DNA from: Clostridia bacterium
Lineage (GTDB): Bacteria; Bacillota; Clostridia; Christensenellales; Borkfalkiaceae
Assembly (NCBI GenBank): GCA_017463145.1
Contig: JAFTPR010000002.1
Coordinates: forward strand, 17,334 to 81,333
Direction of reading: 5' to 3'
DNA length: 64,000 bases
A program made the position numbers and the translations under genes. The stretch's first letter is position 1. The number at the start of each line of letters is the position of its first letter. Positions 19,478 through 29,087 of this stretch are shown in pieces. The notes beneath the pieces are model-generated. The model saw nothing but the letters and a program-made list of their open reading frames with translations, did not search any database and was not told where the DNA came from.

Positions 19478-19498
19478 AAAAACGACGTATACACGTCG
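19476..19498 (-). terminator. Intrinsic terminator (strong T-run on the minus strand)
   Basis: CGACGT / ACGTCG hairpin. On the minus strand it is followed by TTTTTTT. Confidence 0.55.
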
Positions 19499-19680
19499 CA
19501 ATATTTCGTCAACCTTACGTTTCTCCTCGCTCGTTTACGGTCAAGCAAACTCCCGTCGGAGAAGTCGCGGTTTCCTTGTCTTGCTCGTATCTACGCCGTT
19601 TTTCAATATGGACGCGTCGCAATACGGCGTCAACGTTTGCGATAAAACAAACGTTTGCCGACGGCTGAAACGTATGTGGA

Positions 19681-19729
19681 ATAAAAGAAAAATGTCCGCC
19701 GAGTACTTCCTTATGGAAAAACTCGGCGG
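19681..19729 (-). terminator. Intrinsic terminator of the 19743..20177 gene
   Basis: CCGCCGAGT / ACTCGGCGG hairpin. On the minus strand it is followed by ACATTTTTCTTTT. Confidence 0.6.
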
Positions 19730-19742
19730 CTTCCTTATTATA

Positions 19743-20177
19743 TTATAAATAACTTTTCCACTTCTTTTCAAACCGCTCTTCCGAGCCGATCATCTCGTCG
19801 AGTAGAGAAAGTATTTCTTCGTCTGCGCCCGGTTTTGCCTCGTTTTTAGAGGTTCGTAAGGACGTAATGCCCATAATCGTACCCTGAATCATCATATCTG
19901 CGATATGGGAACGGGAATTGTCGGTAAGCGTGTTCATTTTAATTGCGCCCCACATCATAGCCTTTTTGAAGGGATTGGGTTCTTTCAGTTCAATCCCCTT
20001 GTTTTTTGCCAATACGATAGCTTTGGAAGAAAGCCGTTCGTATTCTTCGTGTTGGGCTTGTAATTCCGTTTTCGTTTTTTCATCTTGCGCTTCGGGCATA
20101 ATATCCGAAATGGATTGGAGCGCCAACTGCGCGTTTCTGTAAATTTCCGCTAAAATTTCTTCGCTTTGTTTCTGCAT
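19743..20177 (-). CDS. Hypothetical helical protein
   Basis: Start MQKQSEEILAEIYR at 20177 with an AAGGAG RBS. No family recognised. Confidence 0.5.
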   Translation of the reverse strand: MQKQSEEILAEIYRNAQLALQSISDIMPEAQDEKTKTELQAQHEEYERLSSKAIVLAKNKGIELKEPNPFKKAMMWGAIKMNTLTDNSRSHIADMMIQGTIMGITSLRTSKNEAKPGADEEILSLLDEMIGSEERFEKKWKSYL

Positions 20178-20255
20178 ATCAATCTCCTTTATGCTTTTAG
20201 TATGGGAAAAACCTTGCAAAATATGTAAAAAATATAAAAAATGAATAAAAAATGC

Positions 20256-20285
20256 TTGACGGGCGGTAGCGAATTGTGGTATAGT
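20256..20285 (+). promoter_or_regulatory. Promoter of the rplU-rpmA operon
   Basis: TTGACG (20256-20261), 18-nt spacer, extended -10 TGGTATAGT. Confidence 0.5.
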
Positions 20286-20388
20286 AATAGTCGAGCCGAT
20301 AGAAACGGGCTGTTTTTAAGTCGCTTATTTTTCGGAAAAAGCGCGCCTTGGGTATTCTTCGAGACTGGAAAGAGGAGGTAAAAACTTT

Positions 20389-20694
20389 ATGTACGCTATT
20401 ATCGATAACGGAAACAAGCAGTACAAGGTTGCGGAAGGCGACGTTATTCGCGTTGAGAAGCTCAATGCGGCGGAAGGCGAAACCGTAAACTTCAAAGTGC
20501 TTATGGTTTCTGACGAGAACGGTATCAAAACGGGCGCGGACGTAGAAAACGCGACGGTTACCGCTACGGTCGTTGCACAAGCTAAGGCAAAGAAAATTAT
20601 TGTTTTCAAGTACAAAGCTAAGAAGAACGAGCGTAAGAAGCAGGGTCATAGACAACCCTTCACCGCAGTTAAAGTAGAAAAGATTAACCTTTAA
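20389..20694 (+). CDS. rplU: 50S ribosomal protein L21
   Basis: N-terminus [25 protein letters not shown]. Confidence 0.9.
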   Translation: MYAIIDNGNKQYKVAEGDVIRVEKLNAAEGETVNFKVLMVSDENGIKTGADVENATVTATVVAQAKAKKIIVFKYKAKKNERKKQGHRQPFTAVKVEKINL

Positions 20695-20747
20695 TTGCAA
20701 CTGTTCCCAAAGCGGGACGAAGAAATCGAATACAAGGAGAAATAAAA

Positions 20748-21032
20748 ATGATTTTCATCAGTTTATTCGCTCATAAGAAAGGTACCGGTTCCTCCCACAA
20801 CGGCAGAGATAGCGAGGCAAAAAGACTTGGCACGAAGCGCAGCGACGGTCAAAAAGTCCTTGCAGGTAACATTCTCGTTCGTCAAAGAGGCACGAAAATT
20901 CACCCCGGCACGAACGTAGGTATCGGCAAAGACGACACCCTTTTCGCGCTTGTGGACGGTATCGTTCGTTACGAAAGAATGGGCAAAGACAAAAAGAAAG
21001 CAAGCGTTTATCCCGTAGCGGATGCGCAATAA
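20748..21032 (+). CDS. rpmA: 50S ribosomal protein L27 (with N-terminal pro-peptide)
   Basis: N-terminus MIFISLF|[21 protein letters not shown], i.e. a Firmicute-type extension before the conserved AxKKG. Confidence 0.9.
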   Translation: MIFISLFAHKKGTGSSHNGRDSEAKRLGTKRSDGQKVLAGNILVRQRGTKIHPGTNVGIGKDDTLFALVDGIVRYERMGKDKKKASVYPVADAQ

Positions 21033-21042
21033 CAGGAAAAGT

Positions 21043-21069
21043 ATCCCCGATTTTTATCGGGGATTTTTC
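21043..21069 (+). terminator. Intrinsic terminator
   Basis: ATCCCCGA / TCGGGGAT hairpin plus TTTTT. Confidence 0.7.
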
Positions 21070-21137
21070 ATACAAAAATTTCTTGGCGTGATTTGTTGAA
21101 AAATTGCAAAAAAAGAAAATAATTTTCGTCTACTTCC

Positions 21138-21166
21138 TTGACAACATTTTAAAAAAATGGTATCAT
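21138..21166 (+). promoter_or_regulatory. Promoter of the permease gene
   Basis: TTGACA (21138-21143), 17-nt spacer, extended -10 TGGTATCAT. Confidence 0.5.
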
Positions 21167-21217
21167 TGTATAGGTGGGCAAACAGCCCGAAAAATAAATT
21201 TTTACAGGAGCAGTTAT

Positions 21218-22666
21218 ATGGAAAACACAGCCGCTAAAAACGATCTCGTGTTGGACGTGCACGAAGTGCCTGCGAAAAAATCGCAATGGGCGCTTCTCTC
21301 CATTCAACACATTCTGGCAATGTTCGTCGCGTGTATTACCGTACCCCTCATTATCGGTACGTCAATCCCCGCAACGATCATTTCCGCAGGTATCGGTACG
21401 CTTATTTACATAGCGTTCACGAATAAGAAATCCCCCGTTGTACTTTCGAGTTCTTTCGCGTATCTCTCGTCAATGGGCGTAGCTTTTGCGCTGGACGCTA
21501 ATCCGAACGACGCAAACGTGGGCAACTACCTCGCTCTTGCAATCGGTATGGTTCTCGTAGGTCTTATCTACGTAATCGTTGCGCTTGTCATCAAAAAAGC
21601 GGGTACGGGTTGGCTCTTTAAGCTTCTTCCCACAATCGTAGTAGGTCCTGTCATTATGGTTATCGGTCTTGGACTTGCCGGCTCGGCAGTAGGCAACCTT
21701 ACGGTAAATGCGGCGGGTAATTACAGCTTGATTGCAATTCTTTGCGGACTTGTTGCGCTTGTGGTTACGGCGCTCACGGCGCATTACGGCAACAAGACGC
21801 TTTCGCTCATTCCGTTCGTTATCGGTATGGCGGCAGGCTATGGCGTGGCGCTCATCTTCACGGGTATCGGTCATTTGGCAAATTGGGAAGAAGCAATTAT
21901 TATTTCCTTTGATCCGATTGTGAACAACTTCAAGGATATCTCCGTGGCAAGCTTTATCGGTTATGACTGCTTTGCTTTCCTGAACTTTAATAACGGCACG
22001 TTTGCTTGGGGTCAGATGTTGACGATCGTTTTGGCGTTCGCGCCCGTATCCCTCGTTACCATTTGCGAGCATATCGGCGACCACCTCAACCTCGGCAACG
22101 TTATCCACAAAGACCTTTTGAAAGATCCCGGTCTTTCCAATACGCTTATGGGCGACGGTGTTGCTACGGCGGTTTCTGGCGTGCTTTGCGGTTGCGCAAA
22201 CACGACGTACGGCGAAAACGTAGCCGTTGTCGGCGTAACGAAGGTAGCTTCCGTTCCCGTCATCATCACCGCTTGTATCGCAACGATTGCGCTCGGCTTG
22301 TTCACGCCGCTTATGGTTGTCGTACAGACCATTCCCAAGTGCGTAACGGGTGGCGTATCGCTTGTGCTTTACGGCTTTATCGCTTCGTCGGGTGTGAAAA
22401 TGCTTATCAATGAGAAGATTGACTTCGGCGTAAACCGTAATATTTTCATTGCGGCGGCGATTCTCGTAGCGGGTATCGGCGGACTTTCCATCAACTTCAA
22501 CATTGCAGGTCAAGGCGTAACGATCACCTCGACGGCGGTTGCCATGATTCTCGGTATCGTATTAAATCTTATCTTGAAAGATAAGAAAGCGGAAGAAACG
22601 CCCGTTGAAACGATAGCGGCAGAAGAAGCGCCCGTAGAGGAAACGGCGTCGGCAGAAGAAAACTAA
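21218..22666 (+). CDS. NCS2-family nucleobase (uracil/xanthine-type) permease
   Basis: Start MENTAAKND at 21218. Multi-TM with an NCS2-like SIQHILAMFVACITVPLIIG motif. Acidic A/E/P-rich C-terminal tail. Confidence 0.75.
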   Translation: MENTAAKNDLVLDVHEVPAKKSQWALLSIQHILAMFVACITVPLIIGTSIPATIISAGIGTLIYIAFTNKKSPVVLSSSFAYLSSMGVAFALDANPNDANVGNYLALAIGMVLVGLIYVIVALVIKKAGTGWLFKLLPTIVVGPVIMVIGLGLAGSAVGNLTVNAAGNYSLIAILCGLVALVVTALTAHYGNKTLSLIPFVIGMAAGYGVALIFTGIGHLANWEEAIIISFDPIVNNFKDISVASFIGYDCFAFLNFNNGTFAWGQMLTIVLAFAPVSLVTICEHIGDHLNLGNVIHKDLLKDPGLSNTLMGDGVATAVSGVLCGCANTTYGENVAVVGVTKVASVPVIITACIATIALGLFTPLMVVVQTIPKCVTGGVSLVLYGFIASSGVKMLINEKIDFGVNRNIFIAAAILVAGIGGLSINFNIAGQGVTITSTAVAMILGIVLNLILKDKKAEETPVETIAAEEAPVEETASAEEN

Positions 22667-22691
22667 GGGGCAAACGCCCCAAGGAGGGGTT

Positions 22692-23384
22692 ATGCCCGTA
22701 TCGAAAACGGATTTTGTGCGCGCCCTGCAATGTGAAAAAATGTTATGGCTGGACGCGCATATGCCCGAACTGAAAATAATCCCGCCCGAGGTGCAGGCGC
22801 GCCTCGACGCGGGAAACGAGTTCGGGGACAAGGCAATGAGTATATTCGGCGAATACGTAGAAACGACGACCTTGAAAGAGGACGGGCGTTTGGATTACGC
22901 CGCCATGCTCGAAAAGACGAAAACGCTCTTACAAGCGGGTACGCCCGTGATTTGCGAGGGCGCTTTTTCTTGGTACGGAAACTATTGCGCCGCCGATATA
23001 CTCAAAAAGGACGGCGAGAAATACGCCTTGTACGAGGTGAAAAACACAACGGAAATCCGCAAAGAATTTTTGGTGGACTTGGGATTTCAACGCCTGATAT
23101 TGCGTAAATGCGGCATACCGCTTTCCGCTTCGTTTTTGGTGCTTCGTTGCGACGAAAGTGCGGGGCAGGTATGCATTGAACACGCCGGCGAACGATACAA
23201 AATTGTGGACGTAACAAAAGAAAGCCGCTCGTTTGAGCGAATTGTCGATAGCAAGATATTCGTTTATGGGAAGATAAAAAAGCGGGATGCCGTAATGCCG
23301 GATATACCCGTTGGCGAGCAATGCGAAAAGCCCTATCGCTGTTGGTATTACGGGCATTGCCATAAGGATTGTCCGCGTGAATAA
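22692..23384 (+). CDS. PD-(D/E)XK (Cas4/RecB-like, DUF2779-like) nuclease with four-Cys cluster
   Basis: Cys at ALQCEKM, plus C-terminal CEKPYRCWYYGHC. Putative catalytic D..EVK (ADILKKDGEKYALYEVK). Confidence 0.6.
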   Translation: MPVSKTDFVRALQCEKMLWLDAHMPELKIIPPEVQARLDAGNEFGDKAMSIFGEYVETTTLKEDGRLDYAAMLEKTKTLLQAGTPVICEGAFSWYGNYCAADILKKDGEKYALYEVKNTTEIRKEFLVDLGFQRLILRKCGIPLSASFLVLRCDESAGQVCIEHAGERYKIVDVTKESRSFERIVDSKIFVYGKIKKRDAVMPDIPVGEQCEKPYRCWYYGHCHKDCPRE

Positions 23385-23445
23385 ACGATTAAGTAAAAAA
23401 ATATCGAATTTCTAAAATAATTTTTCGTAGAAACGCTCAAAATTA

Positions 23446-23474
23446 TTGACGAAAGAAAAAAAGTGTGGTAGAAT
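23446..23474 (+). promoter_or_regulatory. Promoter of gap
   Basis: TTGACG (23446-23451), 17-nt spacer, extended -10 TGGTAGAAT. Confidence 0.5.
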
Positions 23475-23562
23475 AGTATACGGACAAAAACGGTTGTCGT
23501 TTTTTCCGCTTGTCTTAAAAAGCTAATAATTAAAAATTTTCATATTTTGGAGGAACTCTATT

Positions 23563-24582
23563 ATGGCAAACGTAAAAGTTGCAATCAACGGTTTCGGCCG
23601 TATCGGTCGTCTTGCATTCAGACAAATGTTCGGCGCAGAGGGCTACGACGTTGTAGCGATCAACGACCTTACCAGCCCTTCGATGCTCGCACACCTTTTG
23701 AAGTACGATTCCGCGCAAGGCAGATACGCGCTTGCGGATACGGTTTCGGCTGACGACGAAGCAGGTACGATCACCGTAAACGGCAAAACGATCAAAATTT
23801 ATGCAGAAAAAGACGCTGCAAACTGCCCTTGGGCGGCAAACGACGTTGACGTTGTTTTGGAATGTACCGGTTTCTACACGTCCAAAGCAAAGTCGGAAGC
23901 GCACCTTAAAGCAGGCGCAAAGAAAGTTGTTATTTCCGCTCCCGCAGGCAACGACCTTCCCACCGTCGTTTACAGCGTAAACGAAAAGACGCTTACGAAA
24001 GCAGACACGATCATCTCCGCGGCTTCCTGCACCACGAACTGCCTTGCTCCTATGGCAAACACGCTCAATAAGCTTGCAAAGATTAAGAAAGGCTATATGA
24101 CGACGATCCACGCTTACACGGGCGACCAAATGGTTCTTGACGGACCTCACAGAAAGGGCGACCTTCGTCGTGCAAGAGCGGCTGCTGTGAACATTGTTCC
24201 CAACTCCACGGGCGCAGCAAAAGCAATTGGTCTTGTTATTCCCGAACTTAACGGCGTTCTTGACGGCTGCGCGCAACGCGTTCCCGTTCCCACCGGTTCG
24301 CTTACCCAACTTGTTGCGGTTTGCGAAGGAGAAGTTTCCGCAGACAGCGTAAACGCAGCTATGAAAGCGGCGGCTTCCGCTTCCTTCGGTTACACGGAAG
24401 AAGAAATCGTTTCCTCCGATATTATCGGTATCACCTACGGTTCGTTGTTCGACGCTACGCAAACGAAGTGTATGCCTATGGGCGACGGCACGACGCTTGT
24501 TAAGGTTGTTTCTTGGTATGACAACGAAAACTCCTACACGAGCCAAATGGTTAGAACGATCAAATATTTCGCAGAACTTTAA
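23563..24582 (+). CDS. gap: Glyceraldehyde-3-phosphate dehydrogenase (type I)
   Basis: Motifs INGFGRIGR and SCTTNCLAP. Confidence 0.95.
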   Translation: MANVKVAINGFGRIGRLAFRQMFGAEGYDVVAINDLTSPSMLAHLLKYDSAQGRYALADTVSADDEAGTITVNGKTIKIYAEKDAANCPWAANDVDVVLECTGFYTSKAKSEAHLKAGAKKVVISAPAGNDLPTVVYSVNEKTLTKADTIISAASCTTNCLAPMANTLNKLAKIKKGYMTTIHAYTGDQMVLDGPHRKGDLRRARAAAVNIVPNSTGAAKAIGLVIPELNGVLDGCAQRVPVPTGSLTQLVAVCEGEVSADSVNAAMKAAASASFGYTEEEIVSSDIIGITYGSLFDATQTKCMPMGDGTTLVKVVSWYDNENSYTSQMVRTIKYFAEL

Positions 24583-24601
24583 TCGAAATAAAAAACGCAA
24601 C

Positions 24602-24642
24602 GTGGCGTAGCGATTGTATCACTACGCCACAATTTTATTTTT
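24602..24642 (+). terminator. Intrinsic terminator
   Basis: GTGGCGTAG / CTACGCCAC hairpin plus AATTTTATTTTT. Confidence 0.7.
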
Positions 24643-24838
24643 CCGAGAAATAGCTTGCAATGCGTGATTGTTCTTACAAGAGCAAGCGAGGTTAAAACTC
24701 CCTTTCAAAGGGAGTTTTTTACTTGACTTTACGAATGGGCTATGTTATAATGAGCTTGACAAAAAATGAAACTGTTTATAAAAAAACGGCAGGTATGTCA
24801 AAAAATCGTTGTTCAAAATTGATTTTCAGGTGACGACA

Positions 24839-25585
24839 ATGAAACTCGACTGTACAATAAAAGACTTTGGGCATTGCCCCGTTCCCGAAAATTGGGTCGT
24901 CGATATGACGCACCGTATTAACCGATTGTATTATATTCATTCGGGGAAAGGCGGATATCAAAAGGACGGCAAAAATATCCCCCTGCAAGCGGGCAGGATT
25001 TATTTTATTCCGTACACGGCGGACGCAAGTTTTTATTCGGAGCAGAGCGACCCGCTCGTGCATACTTGGTGCGATTTTCAGCTTACCGCGCCGATCGTTT
25101 CCCGCAATATTCTCTCGTTCGTTGCGGAGGAAGCCATAGACAAGGCGGCGCTTGCCGTATTTTTGGAGGGCGGTCAAATCGAAGAAACGCGTTGGAAAGG
25201 CGGTTCGGCAATCGCCGAAGAGGAAAATTTTCAAGCGCTGTTTATCCGCGCGGTACTGTTTTTGAGCGCGCGCGCGGCAGAGCTTGCGGGGGTTGTGCCC
25301 GTCAAGGACGTGGCAATTACGCGCGCGCTTGAAGTTATGCACGCAGGGATTGCGGATAAAGTGTCCGTCAAATCGCTTGCCGACGGCAGTTTTTTATCCG
25401 AGGGCGGGTTTATACGGAAATTTACGAGGGAGGTCGGTATGACCCCGTACGCCTATTTAAAAACGCTGCGGGTCAAAACGGCGCTGTCTTTAAAGGAGCA
25501 GGGCTATACGCTTGACGATATTGCAACGCGCACGGGCTATGCCGACGCTTCTTCCCTTCTCCACTCCCTCCGCTCCCGAAACTGA
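24839..25585 (+). CDS. AraC-family transcriptional regulator (cupin + HTH)
   Basis: C-terminal HTH_18-like region FIRKFTREVGMTPYAYLKTLRV..GYADASS. Track ORF starts at a TTG at 24809. Confidence 0.8.
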   Translation: MKLDCTIKDFGHCPVPENWVVDMTHRINRLYYIHSGKGGYQKDGKNIPLQAGRIYFIPYTADASFYSEQSDPLVHTWCDFQLTAPIVSRNILSFVAEEAIDKAALAVFLEGGQIEETRWKGGSAIAEEENFQALFIRAVLFLSARAAELAGVVPVKDVAITRALEVMHAGIADKVSVKSLADGSFLSEGGFIRKFTREVGMTPYAYLKTLRVKTALSLKEQGYTLDDIATRTGYADASSLLHSLRSRN

Positions 25586-25656
25586 TTTTCCAAAACGCCT
25601 TGCTTTAAGCAACCGTTTGTTGTAGAATAAATATAATAAAAAGGAAAGGAGAAACA

Positions 25657-27333
25657 TTGAGAAAGAGTATTTTAAAAATCTTGTTGGTTGTTTGTTTCGT
25701 TTGTTTGACGGTTTTTGGCGCAAGCGGTTGTTCCTTGCTCAAACAACGGTTTGAAAAGAATGGGCTTGCGATTACGTTGACAAAAGAATTTTCCGAAGAA
25801 ACGCACGAGGATTATCCGCAGTATACGGCGTATTACGTATCCCCGAAAATGGTGGTCATTACGTTGGAGGAAACGTTTGCGGCTTTGGAAACGGTGAATA
25901 AAAACGGGGATTGGATGTCGGCGGAGGACTATGCGGAATTGGTGCTTTTGGCGTATAGAACCACGTACAATTCCGCTTCGGAAATTTCGCAGGATAACGG
26001 ATTTGTGTATTTCACGTACGAAAACGACTTCGAGGGCAAGGACTACGCCTTTCTTTGGTGCGGGTATAAATCGTTCGATTCTTTTTGGTCGGTACAATTC
26101 GGTTGCGTAAAAAAGGACTTGAAGAAGCTGAAAGGCAAAATGTTGTCTTACGCACGGACGGTGCAGGTCGAGAAAGCGGTTGTATCCGATTTGAAGTTTA
26201 GAAAGATAAACGGTAAGGAAGAATATGAGGTTGCGGGGCAATTCACGGAAAAGGCGGACATGGTAATTCCCAAGACCTATAAGGGATTGCCCGTAACGAG
26301 AATCGGCAACGGCGCATTTTCAAAGGCTTCGTTAAAAAGCATTTCTATCCCCGACAGTATTACTTCTATCGGTAATCGCTCGTTTGCGGATTGTGCTTCC
26401 CTGCAAGCCGTGGTCGTACCTGACAGCGTGACAACCATGGAATATTCGGCGTTTGAGGGCTGCATAGCCTTGAAAGAAATTACGTTGCCTAACGGATTAA
26501 CCGAAATCTGCGAATATACTTTCAGAGGCTGTGTCGCCTTAACGGATATCTCGCTCCCCGACAGCGTGACGAGGATTGAAACGTCGGCTTTTGAAAATTG
26601 TAGGGCTTTGAAAGAAATTGCATTGCCTAACGGATTGACTTCCCTTGGCGAACGGGTGTTTGCGGATTGCAAAGAACTTACGGCTATGGCGATTCCAAGC
26701 GGTATTGAAAATGTATGGAGCGCTTTGTTTTACGGTTGCGAAAAGCTGACGGAAATTTCTATCCCCGACGGGATAAAAACGATTGATTCTTGGGCGTTTG
26801 GGGGGTGTGTTGCTTTGACGGAAATTACGTTGCCAAGCGGTGTGACGTCAATCGGAAATGCGGCGTTCTGCGGCTGCACGACTCTGAAAAGTATCGTGAT
26901 TCCCGATGGCGTGACGGAGATTGAAATGTCTGCATTTAGTGATTGCACTTCGTTAAAAAGCGTGACGTTTCCCCAAGGCTTAACGAAAATTTCTTTTAGT
27001 GCTTTCGGTTCGTGTACCGCTTTAACGGATATCGTTTTGCCCGACGGATTGTGCGTGATTGATATGAGTGCCTTTTATAACTGTACAGCTCTGCAAAGCA
27101 TGGTTGTTCCCGACAGCGTTTTGGTTGTGTGGGAGTATGCGTTTGCTACGACGGAAGCGCTGACGAGCATATATTATACGGGCACGGCAGAGCAAAAAGA
27201 AACGTTGCTTGGCAACGTGAAAAGTGACAACGCATACTTAACGGGGGCAACGTGGTATTATTACAGCGAAGAACAACCCCCCGACAAAGGGAACTATTGG
27301 CGGTACGTAGACGGCAAGCCAACCGCTTGGTAA
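25657..27333 (+). CDS. BspA-type leucine-rich-repeat surface lipoprotein
   Basis: TTG start with an AAAGGAG RBS. Signal peptide and lipobox (FGASGC). About a dozen ~23-aa repeats of the type IPDSVT.I...AF..C..L..I. Confidence 0.75.
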   Translation: MRKSILKILLVVCFVCLTVFGASGCSLLKQRFEKNGLAITLTKEFSEETHEDYPQYTAYYVSPKMVVITLEETFAALETVNKNGDWMSAEDYAELVLLAYRTTYNSASEISQDNGFVYFTYENDFEGKDYAFLWCGYKSFDSFWSVQFGCVKKDLKKLKGKMLSYARTVQVEKAVVSDLKFRKINGKEEYEVAGQFTEKADMVIPKTYKGLPVTRIGNGAFSKASLKSISIPDSITSIGNRSFADCASLQAVVVPDSVTTMEYSAFEGCIALKEITLPNGLTEICEYTFRGCVALTDISLPDSVTRIETSAFENCRALKEIALPNGLTSLGERVFADCKELTAMAIPSGIENVWSALFYGCEKLTEISIPDGIKTIDSWAFGGCVALTEITLPSGVTSIGNAAFCGCTTLKSIVIPDGVTEIEMSAFSDCTSLKSVTFPQGLTKISFSAFGSCTALTDIVLPDGLCVIDMSAFYNCTALQSMVVPDSVLVVWEYAFATTEALTSIYYTGTAEQKETLLGNVKSDNAYLTGATWYYYSEEQPPDKGNYWRYVDGKPTAW

Positions 27334-27385
27334 CGCTTCAACGCGTACACGGTATGCCCGTTTATTGCGAAAAAGGTAAAAACAA

Positions 27386-27417
27386 AAGGTCGAAGCAGTT
27401 TTGCTTCGACCTTTTTC
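27386..27417. terminator. Bidirectional intrinsic terminator
   Basis: AAGGTCGAAGCA / TGCTTCGACCTT hairpin between convergent genes. Confidence 0.75.
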
Positions 27418-27432
27418 TATAACGCAAATGCG

Positions 27433-28836
27433 TTAAAATTCTATCTTTTCTTCGACGTATTTGATTGCGTCCTCTACGCTTACACGGATTTGTTCCATAG
27501 TGTCACGGTCGCGCACGGTTACGGTATTGTCTTCAAGGGTTTGGAAATCGATTGTTACGCAGAACGGCGTACCGATTTCGTCCTGACGGCGATAACGTTT
27601 ACCGATAGAACCCGTAATATCATACGTAGCGGGGAATTTTTTCAGCATTTTCGCATAGATTTCGTCTGCTTTTTCCGCAAGGTTCTTTTGCAAGGGCAAT
27701 ACCGCGCATTTGTAAGGCGCAAGCGCAGGGTGCAAACGGAGTACCGTGCGGATATCGTTCTTTTCCGCATCTACCACTTCTTCGTCGTATGCGTCGGTGA
27801 GGAATGCAAGCACTACTCTGTCTGCGCCGAGCGACGGCTCTACTACGTAAGGAACGTATCTTTCGTTGGTGACGGGATCTACGTAATCAATCGGTTTACC
27901 GCACTCTTTCGCGTGTTGCGAGAGGTCGTAATCCGTTCTGTCTGCGATACCCCAAAGCTCACCCCAACCGAATGCGAAGTTGTATTCAAAGTCCGTCGTT
28001 GCCTTGGAATAGAAGCAAAGCTCTTCGGGAGAATGGTCGCGCAAGTGCAGGTTTTCCTCTTTCATACCGAGGGACAACAGCCAATTCTTGCAGAAATCTT
28101 TCCAATAAGCAAACCATTCGAGGTCGGTGCCGGGCTTGCAGAAAAATTCAAGCTCCATTTGCTCGAATTCACGGGTACGGAACGTGAAGTTGCCGGGCGT
28201 GATTTCGTTACGGAAAGACTTACCGATTTGACCGATACCGAACGGTACGCGCATACGCGTTGCGCGTTGTACGTTGGCAAAGTTGACGAAGATACCTTGC
28301 GCCGTTTCGGGGCGAAGGTAAACGGTGTTCGTGCTGTCCTCGGTGACGCCTTGGAACGTTTTAAACATCAGGTTGAATTTTCTAATCGACGTGAAATCGG
28401 AATTTCCGCAAACGGGGCAAACGATCTTATGCTCGGAAATAAACGCTTCCAGCCCGTCGTTATCCATTGCCTCCACTTTCACGTCCAAACCCTTTTTCGC
28501 AACGTACGCCTCTACGAGGTTGTCCGCGCGGTGACGGGCTTTACACGATTTACAGTCCATAAGCGGATCGGAGAATCCGCCCAAATGCCCCGACGCTTTC
28601 CACGTGCGAGTATTCATCAAAATAGCGCAATCCACGCCCGTATTGTACGGGTTTTCCTGCACAAATTTTTTCCACCAAGCCTTTTTTACGTTATTTTTCA
28701 GCTCCACGCCCAAAGGACCGTAATCCCACGTGTTTGCCAAGCCCCCGTAAATTTCGCTGCCGGGGAAAATGAACCCTCTGTTTTTGCAAAGGGAAACGAG
28801 TTTTTCCATTGTTACCGCTCTTTTCTTGTCTGCCAT
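27433..28836 (-). CDS. glyQS: Glycine--tRNA ligase (homodimeric class II)
   Basis: Start [32 protein letters not shown] at 28836 with an AAAGGAG RBS. Confidence 0.9.
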   Translation of the reverse strand: MADKKRAVTMEKLVSLCKNRGFIFPGSEIYGGLANTWDYGPLGVELKNNVKKAWWKKFVQENPYNTGVDCAILMNTRTWKASGHLGGFSDPLMDCKSCKARHRADNLVEAYVAKKGLDVKVEAMDNDGLEAFISEHKIVCPVCGNSDFTSIRKFNLMFKTFQGVTEDSTNTVYLRPETAQGIFVNFANVQRATRMRVPFGIGQIGKSFRNEITPGNFTFRTREFEQMELEFFCKPGTDLEWFAYWKDFCKNWLLSLGMKEENLHLRDHSPEELCFYSKATTDFEYNFAFGWGELWGIADRTDYDLSQHAKECGKPIDYVDPVTNERYVPYVVEPSLGADRVVLAFLTDAYDEEVVDAEKNDIRTVLRLHPALAPYKCAVLPLQKNLAEKADEIYAKMLKKFPATYDITGSIGKRYRRQDEIGTPFCVTIDFQTLEDNTVTVRDRDTMEQIRVSVEDAIKYVEEKIEF

Positions 28837-28879
28837 AAGTAGTACTCCTTTCTTGAAGCTATCCGCTTTTTCAATCAAC

Positions 28880-28909
28880 ATTATACGACATTTTCCTCCC
28901 GCAAGTCAA
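28880..28909 (-). promoter_or_regulatory. Promoter of glyQS
   Basis: Minus strand: TTGACT (28909-28904), 18-nt spacer, TATAAT (28885-28880). The leader is only ~45 nt. Confidence 0.5.
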
Positions 28910-29087
28910 TCGAAAGGGGATAAAAATAAAGGAAAATTTTTAACAAAAAGCCGCTTTTGGAAAATTTTTTTCCGCAAAGGTTATTTTTTACGGAAAAAAA
29001 GAAAAAATTTACCCGAAAAGTATTCCATTTTTCCGAAAGATATGATATAATGATACGTGCGAGAATATACACAAGAAAGGAGTTATT

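Noticed and set aside
23530-24600. 356-aa minus-strand ORF covering the whole gap gene
   Set aside because: It is the antisense shadow of a confidently identified gene. Its composition is biased to R/F/V/C, and it has no RBS or recognisable motifs. The same reasoning rejects the short overlapping ORFs throughout the track.
26277-27130. Tandem DNA repeats
   Set aside because: They are the in-frame coding repeats of the BspA-type LRR protein, not a non-coding repeat or a mobile element.
27490-28842. 450-aa plus-strand ORF antisense to glyQS
   Set aside because: Shadow ORF opposite a clear aminoacyl-tRNA synthetase gene, with a low-complexity R/F/V-rich translation.
28837-29087. Expected T-box leader upstream of glyQS (also checked upstream of glnS at 30744-30888)
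   Set aside because: No T-box core (..GGTGGTACCGCG.., or CGCGGTACCACC on the plus strand) is present. The glyQS promoter leaves only a ~45-nt leader.
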